30,520 bases of DNA from a candidate division TM6 bacterium UASB124 (GTDB lineage Bacteria > Babelota > Babeliae > Babelales > RVW-14), in the NCBI GenBank assembly GCA_945872225.1, contig CAMBZK010000001.1, positions 1 to 30,520 of the forward strand, given 5' to 3'. A program made the position numbers and the translations under genes. The notes beneath the pieces were generated by a model, which had not been told where the DNA came from, did no database searches, and was given only the letters and a program-made list of their open reading frames with translations. Each line of letters opens with the position of its first letter. Positions within the stretch are counted from its first letter, which is position 1. This document shows, piece after piece, positions 24,604-30,520 of the stretch.

Positions 24604-25536
24604 GTGTCAATAAATCGTGCATGGCAAGCAATCCAAGAGGCAAAAAAAATAATTCTTTTAACCCATCAAAAGCCAGATGCTGATGGCATTTCGTCCTGTA
24701 CGGCGCTTGATCACGTACTGCGCGGCATGGGAAAGGTCGTCCAGACGATCTATCCCTCTCCTGACGAGTCTTCTTTGCGCCGCCAGCCGCTTGATGTGCG
24801 GATTGCAAGCCACACCATAGACCCTGATCTTCTGATTGCTTGTGATACGGCAAATTATGAAAGATTGTATTTTCCTGAAGGTTTTAGACAAATACCCCTG
24901 ATTAACATAGATCATCACATCAGCAATGCGCTCAAAGGGATCGCAAATATCGTTAACCCTGAGTCGGCAAGCACCTGTGAGGAGCTTTTTCATCTGCTGA
25001 TGACCTGGTGCCCAGAGCGTGTTGATGCCTACGTAGCTGAATGCCTTTTATTCGGCATTTTGTATGATACGCAAGTTTTCCACACACAAAATACTACTGT
25101 TCGTTCCCTTACAACCGCAGCAGCGTGCATTGAGCATGGTGTGAACATGTTTGCTCTTTCGCGTGAATTGTTGGCGCAGCAGAGTCCTCGCTTCTTGCCA
25201 TTCTGGGGTGAAATGTTACAGAAGGTTGGAATGGATGAGCAAAAACAGGTGTTGTGGCTGACGGTGACGCAAGATGAACTCAAGGCTCGTGGCCTTGATA
25301 TGAGCGCCTTGGTTGGGCTTAATAATTTTATTGCTGAAGCTTCACCGATTGAGACGACGATTACCCTGTATGAAAGCGAACAAGGCAATACCAAGGTTTC
25401 GCTGCGTTCTAAAACGCGTGACGTTAATAAGATTGCTGGTCTGTTTGGCGGTGGCGGACACGTGCGTGCAGCCGGTGCTTTGATTAAAAAACCAGTCCAT
25501 GAGGCTGTTAAAGACCTTCTTGCTGTGATTGATTAG
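24604..25536 (+). CDS. nrnA: DHH/DHHA1 phosphoesterase (NrnA-type oligoribonuclease / pAp phosphatase)
   Basis: THQKPDADG, CDT, NIDHH, GILYDT, VSLRS and GGGHVRAAG motifs. Confidence 0.88.
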   Translation: MSINRAWQAIQEAKKIILLTHQKPDADGISSCTALDHVLRGMGKVVQTIYPSPDESSLRRQPLDVRIASHTIDPDLLIACDTANYERLYFPEGFRQIPLINIDHHISNALKGIANIVNPESASTCEELFHLLMTWCPERVDAYVAECLLFGILYDTQVFHTQNTTVRSLTTAAACIEHGVNMFALSRELLAQQSPRFLPFWGEMLQKVGMDEQKQVLWLTVTQDELKARGLDMSALVGLNNFIAEASPIETTITLYESEQGNTKVSLRSKTRDVNKIAGLFGGGGHVRAAGALIKKPVHEAVKDLLAVID

Positions 25537-25557
25537 AAAATAAAAAAAACAGATATA

Positions 25558-26412
25558 TTAGCCGACGTTTTCGCTTGTTGTCTCGCGTTCTAAAATAGTT
25601 GCCACGGCTAGCCATGGTAACGGGTCGCCATCATCTTCAGTGGCCCATTGCGCGGCTAGCACTGCTTGCACAAAGCTCCAAGCGGCAACACGTTCCCGTG
25701 GTGCATGCATAAGCTGGGCAAAAGCATCGAGCCGCTGGGCTATAATGTCTACGGGATTGTCTTGTTGCAGTAGTGGTGTGATGGGGTTACGAATAAAAGC
25801 GCCAACTTCATAAAGCGGCTCGCCCATAACACCGTGAGGATCTATCGCTACCCAATTATCACCTGAGGCCAAAATATTATTGTGATGAAGGTCACCGTGG
25901 AGCAGTACCACAGGAGCCATCGTTGCAAATAACTCTTTGGTAATCCGTTGTGCTGTTGCAACTAACGTTGGTGGCAGAAGGGGTGACGGTGCGTGAAGCA
26001 ACCGATCAAACCATTCAGCCAATGTTGGGAGACTTTGATCCGTTGGTACTGGTGCGCCATGCAGCAGATGCATTACTTTGGCGGCATGCGTGATCGTTTG
26101 AGCATCATGCGCTGGAAAAAGCGTTTCAAGTGATTGCCCAGGGAGCAAGCGCTCTAAGAGAATGGCACCAAGCGCAGGTGCGGTGTCTAGTAAATTTACG
26201 CAACCATGTCCTTGAAACGTTTTCAGCGCAATAATTTCATGGTGCAGTGTGCGTTCATCGGTACTAAGCTTTACCATGACGGGAGAATTGGTTTCAGTCA
26301 TGATGGCGGTAAAAACACGTCGTTGTTGAAATGAATAGTATAACGAAATGTGGTCAAGGCCCCAGTGCTGAGCAATAAGATCAATGGTATCTTGAGTGGC
26401 GTTTGTTTCCAT
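25558..26412 (-). CDS. Aminoglycoside/hydroxyurea phosphotransferase family kinase (APH(6)/StrB-like)
   Basis: VMVKL, ILLERLLPG, LLHGDLHHNNIL and WVAIDPHGVMGEPLYE motifs. Start at ATG 26412, just after the upstream stop. Confidence 0.82.
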   Translation of the reverse strand: METNATQDTIDLIAQHWGLDHISLYYSFQQRRVFTAIMTETNSPVMVKLSTDERTLHHEIIALKTFQGHGCVNLLDTAPALGAILLERLLPGQSLETLFPAHDAQTITHAAKVMHLLHGAPVPTDQSLPTLAEWFDRLLHAPSPLLPPTLVATAQRITKELFATMAPVVLLHGDLHHNNILASGDNWVAIDPHGVMGEPLYEVGAFIRNPITPLLQQDNPVDIIAQRLDAFAQLMHAPRERVAAWSFVQAVLAAQWATEDDGDPLPWLAVATILERETTSENVG

Positions 26413-26416
26413 CGTT

Positions 26417-27049
26417 TTATGCGCCAGTCTCTGGTTGGTCATCACTCGTAAAAATATCTACGAAAGCATTTTTTGCTGAAGTAAGTGATGTTGTGGCATT
26501 AATAAGCCGTGGTCTTCCCCATGTTTTTGTGTTTGAATCATAAGAAAACAGCGCCAAGATGCCAATGCCGATGACGGCAACGGCCACTCCGCTGTAAATT
26601 ATGAGCATACGTTCAGGTTTGGCATACTCTTCTTCAACCTCTGCTGCCAGCTCAGGAGCTTCATGTTCTAATATGCTTCTTACGGTGTTAAGTCGCTCTT
26701 CGATTACTCTGCTGACTTCTGTTGCTAAATTTTTATCTTCAAAATGTTCTCTATGGACAGCATCTTGATCATGCAACAATTTTTTATAAATCATGGCTAG
26801 TTTTTTGAGTGAGAGTTCGGTTTCCATCGGTAATATAACTTTTGATTCAACGGCATCACTGTTTTTATCATAACCATCAAGGGAGAGCTCTGCTTCCGTG
26901 GGTAGCGTAATTTTTGTTGAGCTAGCGTTGTGACCAGAAGGGTTTTCTGCAGTTGTTGCTTGTGGTTGTTTTTCAGTTGAGGGATTTACGGCGTATACAG
27001 TGGTATAACTTGCGCTTAAGAGTATGATACTAAGGAATATATACATCAT
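26417..27049 (-). CDS. Hypothetical exported protein with C-terminal membrane anchor
   Basis: Signal peptide, low-complexity region, an internal duplicated motif (KITLPTEAELSL / KVILPMETELSL) and a TM segment (MLIIYSGVAVAVIGIGILALF). Confidence 0.7.
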   Translation of the reverse strand: MMYIFLSIILLSASYTTVYAVNPSTEKQPQATTAENPSGHNASSTKITLPTEAELSLDGYDKNSDAVESKVILPMETELSLKKLAMIYKKLLHDQDAVHREHFEDKNLATEVSRVIEERLNTVRSILEHEAPELAAEVEEEYAKPERMLIIYSGVAVAVIGIGILALFSYDSNTKTWGRPRLINATTSLTSAKNAFVDIFTSDDQPETGA

Positions 27050-27232
27050 TGCTATGGTCCTAACATATTTTGCATGAGATGATTTGATGTAGCGTGGTTA
27101 TTTATAGCACAAAAATTACAAAAACGCAATTAATTCAATCTGGCAATATACTGCATATGAAGGCTTGAGTTACTAGCGTTGGCTTTGATACGCTAGCTTC
27201 AATAATCAGTAACATAAAGGCAAGGAGTTGGC

Positions 27233-28018
27233 ATGAATGGTAATAAAAGTATAGTCATGACGGTGGCGCTCTGTTTGCGCCTGGCAACCTGTTTTGGCTT
27301 GGGAGATCAAGCTCAACCACTGGGACTTTCGGCGCCGAAATTTGTACCGCTAGAAATTGGAGAAGAGTCACTTGCATTTGCCGTTCGTGATGAAAATACG
27401 ACTACCGAGTTGACTAATGTGTCCTTTTGGGGGAGTACTGCCGTTAGTGGGATTTGCCGCGAAGATAATGACTCAGTGACGGCAATTCACCTTGCCTATA
27501 CGCAAAAGATTAAAATTAAGCAGCAAGAATATAAAAGTGTGCGATATCCTGGGAAAGAGCTTTGCGTTGTAGAAAAAACAAATGTTGATGGCACGGTTAC
27601 TGATGGCCTTTTGATGCCGGTAAAGTTAGTAATTTGTGGGATTGAGAAAACAACCAAAGATGAAAAGGCTTGGTTTTTGGGGAAAATTGATCAGCTCGTA
27701 CGCTTGGAAAAGACATCAGGAGAGCACAGTGATGTTGTGGTTGCAAAACACATTGATCACCTTTTTGATATGCATAGCACGAGTACTACCCATGCTCATC
27801 ATGGGCACAAAGCGGGTGGATCTCGTCCTTATGTACCGGGTGCCGTTAAAGTTCTTGAGGCTCATGACCAACAGGTAGAGAAAAAAGAAATTTTGCTTGA
27901 AAAACAGACCGGAGCTATGGAGCAAAAAACAATTTTGCGTGCAGTAAACGATTTGCTCATTGCTGTTATTGGCGTTTTTAAAGCGCTGTTTGAAGCAGTG
28001 CGCGGATTGTTTTTTTAG
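27233..28018 (+). CDS. Hypothetical secreted protein
   Basis: AAGGAG RBS, signal-like N-terminus, beta-rich domain, His-rich patch (HAHHGHK) and an amphipathic C-terminal helix. Confidence 0.72.
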   Translation: MNGNKSIVMTVALCLRLATCFGLGDQAQPLGLSAPKFVPLEIGEESLAFAVRDENTTTELTNVSFWGSTAVSGICREDNDSVTAIHLAYTQKIKIKQQEYKSVRYPGKELCVVEKTNVDGTVTDGLLMPVKLVICGIEKTTKDEKAWFLGKIDQLVRLEKTSGEHSDVVVAKHIDHLFDMHSTSTTHAHHGHKAGGSRPYVPGAVKVLEAHDQQVEKKEILLEKQTGAMEQKTILRAVNDLLIAVIGVFKALFEAVRGLFF

Positions 28019-28022
28019 CAGC

Positions 28023-28784
28023 TTATTTTACGCATTCGTAAATAAGTAATGGTGCATTGTGATTGTTAGCTGGTTGCTTGGTATACCGGGTGTATTTTTC
28101 TATGCAAGAAAATCCAAAAGGCTCGAGCAATCTATCCATTTCATCAAAGTGGTACAAGTACTGCTGGTAATCTTCTGTTTCTGTGGCAACAATAGTTCCG
28201 TCTACGAGTATTGATTCATATCGGCACAGTGCGCTAAAAAGTTGTGTTTGTTCATTGTACGACGAGAGTGTACTTAGTCCTAGGCGAGAACCATCAGCGC
28301 GCATATGTACACCACGGCGCCAAATGCCACAGGGTTGTGGTACTGATGCAACTGTTTCAATTTCCATAATGAGCCTGCCACCAGGGGCAAGATGGTTGTG
28401 CAAAATGGCAAGGCTCCGTATAATATCTTCGTGATTAGTTATGAGGCCGAATGAGCCATACGGAATAAAAATGAGGGCGTATTTTTTAGGCGAATTTAAT
28501 TGTTGTACAAACTCCTGCCAGACGGGGGCCGCATTTGGTGCATATTTTTCACGGAGTGCTTCAAGCATATAGGGAGAGGCGTCAAAGCCTTCAATCTCAA
28601 ACCCAGCATTCAGTATGGGAAGTAAAAAACGCCCAGTGCCGCACATAGGCTCTAAAATGGGACCATTGGCCTGCTGAGCATAATCCATATAAAAAGTTAA
28701 AGCTTGCATGCTATCTTTATGCGGTTCGAGGTCATAAAATTCTGTACAAAGTTTACGGTAGGTTGTGAGAGGTGATTGTGTCAT
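28023..28784 (-). CDS. Class I SAM-dependent methyltransferase
   Basis: ILEPMCGTGRF, GFDASPYML and IFIPYGSF motifs. Start moved to ATG 28784, because the listed extension is antisense to the next gene. Confidence 0.88.
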   Translation of the reverse strand: MTQSPLTTYRKLCTEFYDLEPHKDSMQALTFYMDYAQQANGPILEPMCGTGRFLLPILNAGFEIEGFDASPYMLEALREKYAPNAAPVWQEFVQQLNSPKKYALIFIPYGSFGLITNHEDIIRSLAILHNHLAPGGRLIMEIETVASVPQPCGIWRRGVHMRADGSRLGLSTLSSYNEQTQLFSALCRYESILVDGTIVATETEDYQQYLYHFDEMDRLLEPFGFSCIEKYTRYTKQPANNHNAPLLIYECVK

Positions 28785-28824
28785 CACTGCGAAATCCTTT
28801 AATACTTTAGCAAAAAGGGGCAAT

Positions 28825-29034
28825 ATGCGGCGCCATATAAAATCATTTCTTGTACTATTGGCTGGTGCTGTTTGTGTAGTTGTTGGCATTGCAGGTTTAG
28901 TGCTTCCGATCATTCCTGGCATTCCCATTTTGCTGCTGGGGTTGGGATTACTACTTGGTCCAGAAGCTGTACAAAAAATACGCATAGCGGTCGTGCAATA
29001 TGTACAAAGTAGGTGGCCGTGGAGAAGGAAGTAG
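28825..29034 (+). CDS. Small inner-membrane protein (DUF454/PGPGW-like)
   Basis: GIAGLVLPIIPGIPILLLGL helical hairpin and AAGGGG RBS before ATG 28825. Confidence 0.72.
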   Translation: MRRHIKSFLVLLAGAVCVVVGIAGLVLPIIPGIPILLLGLGLLLGPEAVQKIRIAVVQYVQSRWPWRRK

Positions 29035-29040
29035 CCACTG

Positions 29041-29202
29041 TTACTTATAGAGTCGTTGAAGCAAAGAATCGGGGGCAGTATGAATGCCGGCTCTGTGACC
29101 GATGTATTTGATACACATGAAAAATACTATGCTAGCAACAATCAGTGCAAGCGTAATGAGGAAACTAGCACTGAGAAAAAATAGCATTGATTCGTTGATC
29201 AT
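29041..29202 (-). CDS. 53-aa single-pass membrane small protein (not in ORF track)
   Basis: MINESMLFFLSASFLITLALIVASIVFFMCIKYIGHRAGIHTAPDSLLQRLYK. The ATG overlaps the upstream stop as ATGA, and the ORF fills the gap. Confidence 0.6.
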   Translation of the reverse strand: MINESMLFFLSASFLITLALIVASIVFFMCIKYIGHRAGIHTAPDSLLQRLYK

Positions 29203-29654
29203 GGCGCCATTACCAGCTGCTTAACAAAAACGTGCACGGTTGTATTTTTTTCACTACGAATTGAGATGCTGCATGCTTTATTTGGTTTTGTGCAGATAAG
29301 CAAGCCTTCAAACTGATTAGAGAAATTTTGAATCTCCCAGCCATTGCTTTCCATTGTGTGCAGATAAAAATCAATAACTTTAGGGCGGCTTAATAAACCA
29401 GTGTAGAGCAAGTAGTCACCAGCAAGGCCTGCTTGCTTCGTGCTTGCAGTAAAACCAACAGGTTGCGGGATATCAAAATGTTTAGCACTGCCAAGGTGTA
29501 GTGTTGTTGTTGCATGCTCAGCAATAGATTGGTGCTTGCTACAACTAGAAAAAAAAAGCGTTAGGCCGAGTGCAACAAAGGCACTGCGGCTTAACGCTTT
29601 GAAACTTGATTGAGCTAAAAATTTATGCAGCTTTTGCTGCAGCACGAAGATCAT
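29199..29654 (-). CDS. Hypothetical probable lipoprotein
   Basis: Hydrophobic stretch ending LFFSS-C; overlaps the rplS 3' end by 32 bp. Confidence 0.6.
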   Translation of the reverse strand: MIFVLQQKLHKFLAQSSFKALSRSAFVALGLTLFFSSCSKHQSIAEHATTTLHLGSAKHFDIPQPVGFTASTKQAGLAGDYLLYTGLLSRPKVIDFYLHTMESNGWEIQNFSNQFEGLLICTKPNKACSISIRSEKNTTVHVFVKQLVMAP

Positions 29655-30048
29655 TAGCTTCTTTGTTTGCAGCTTTTTGAGCTTTGGTCAAAATACGCTC
29701 TTCGATACGAGCAGCATTACCCACGCGATCTCTGAGGTAGAACAACTTAGCACGACGAGCTATACCATGCTTAACTACACGAATGTTGGTCACATTTGGT
29801 GTGTAGTAAGGGAAAATTTTCTCAACACCAATACCGTTAGCGCCGATACGACGAACCGTTACCGTTGAAGAAATGCCATTTTTGTGCATAGCAATAACGT
29901 CACCAGCAAATAGCTGTGTACGTTCTTTATCGCCATCTTTAATGGTTTGCGAAATTTCAAGGGTATCGCCCACTTTGAAAGCAGGGAAGTTGCGTTCGGT
30001 GATACCGATATTCAAAATTGTTTCTTTGGTTAAACCACGAGCTTTCAT
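29623..30048 (-). CDS. rplS: 50S ribosomal protein L19
   Basis: FKVGDTL, GDKERTQLFAGDVIA, TVTVRRIGANGIGVEKIFP and RRAKLFYLRDRVG motifs. Confidence 0.97.
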   Translation of the reverse strand: MKARGLTKETILNIGITERNFPAFKVGDTLEISQTIKDGDKERTQLFAGDVIAMHKNGISSTVTVRRIGANGIGVEKIFPYYTPNVTNIRVVKHGIARRAKLFYLRDRVGNAARIEERILTKAQKAANKEANDLRAAAKAA

Positions 30049-30095
30049 GAAATCCTCTTGTAAAATAGCAAGTTTCTGGGAGACCCATTATAAAA

Positions 30096-30520
30096 TTATT
30101 TCTGCCTCTTGGCAATACTAAGATCACGTTCTCTGAGCCGTGGCTGCAGTCCAAGCCAACGATCCAGAATAATAGCCATTGCTGATCGCACCGATAGGTG
30201 GTTGTAGTTGGTCATTCCTTCGACTGGAACGAGCAAGTAATCACTTTTTTCAATGACCTCGTCAGCAAGTCCTTGGGCGGTGCCAAAGAGCAAGATGACA
30301 GGGCGATTGTGCTGCCAGACGGTGCCCTGGCTAGCAAAATCGATTGTTTGACAATGAGGCATTGTTTTGGCGCTGGTTGTCAGTATGATCGGATCGAGGC
30401 CCGTTTCAGCCTTGATGCTGGCGATAACGTGCTCGAGGCTGGTCTCTGTGCGCACGCGACTGACGGCCTCATAACGACTTTGGTTGTACTCTTTGCCGGT
30501 GCTGGAGTGCCAAAAATCCA
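30096..30520 (-). CDS. SPOUT-class SAM-dependent RNA methyltransferase (Methyltrn_RNA_4 type; partial, 5' end beyond window, possibly TrmD-fused)
   Basis: The frame stays open to the edge: DFWHSSTGKEYNQSRYEAV...TTSAK...LLFGTAQGL...YNHLSVRSAMAIILDRWLG. Position directly upstream of rplS fits. Confidence 0.85.
   Translation of the reverse strand, partial: DFWHSSTGKEYNQSRYEAVSRVRTETSLEHVIASIKAETGLDPIILTTSAKTMPHCQTIDFASQGTVWQHNRPVILLFGTAQGLADEVIEKSDYLLVPVEGMTNYNHLSVRSAMAIILDRWLGLQPRLRERDLSIAKRQK

Noticed and set aside
28785-28985. N-terminal extension of the methyltransferase ORF
   Set aside because: It is antisense to the small membrane protein 28825..29034; methyltransferase-like sequence begins at Met 28784.
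488-30154. Remaining short (60-120 aa) ORFs nested in or antisense to the called genes
   Set aside because: They have no RBS or recognisable motifs and are fully explained as alternate frames of well-supported genes.

Overview
A 30.5 kb chromosomal window with no rRNA, CRISPR array, integrase or transposase. Many secreted hypothetical proteins, scattered housekeeping genes and a SPOUT-methyltransferase/rplS block suggest a host-associated bacterium such as Candidatus Dependentiae (TM6/Babeliae); this assignment is inference only. From left to right it holds: a surface-glycan cluster (rfbG partial, rfbF, a GT-C/TMTC-like membrane glycosyltransferase, and a split transketolase around an SDR epimerase/reductase); a two-gene CxxC...CxxC-W module; an islet bounded by two identical full-length tRNA-Ser(TGA) genes enclosing one secreted protein with an IQ-like motif; tRNA-Ser(GCT) and tRNA-Arg(ACG); DUF167, PilC/GspF, tRNA-Leu(CAA), HIT and an alpha/beta hydrolase; a small lipoprotein and an orphan NtrY-like kinase; two large secreted hypotheticals; mraY, pheS and galU; a second copy of the CxxC module; a frameshifted MNT nucleotidyltransferase pseudogene; a divergent FolC-like protein; NrnA, an APH(6)-like kinase and a SAM methyltransferase; several small membrane proteins; rplS and a partial SPOUT methyltransferase. 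The best candidate for an undescribed system is the four-member CxxC-x(58-64)-CxxC-x(4-5)-W family. It occurs as two stand-alone bicistronic cassettes, each pairing a gene without a signal peptide with a secreted gene. All alignments, motif calls and start-site choices were made by eye, with no database searches.
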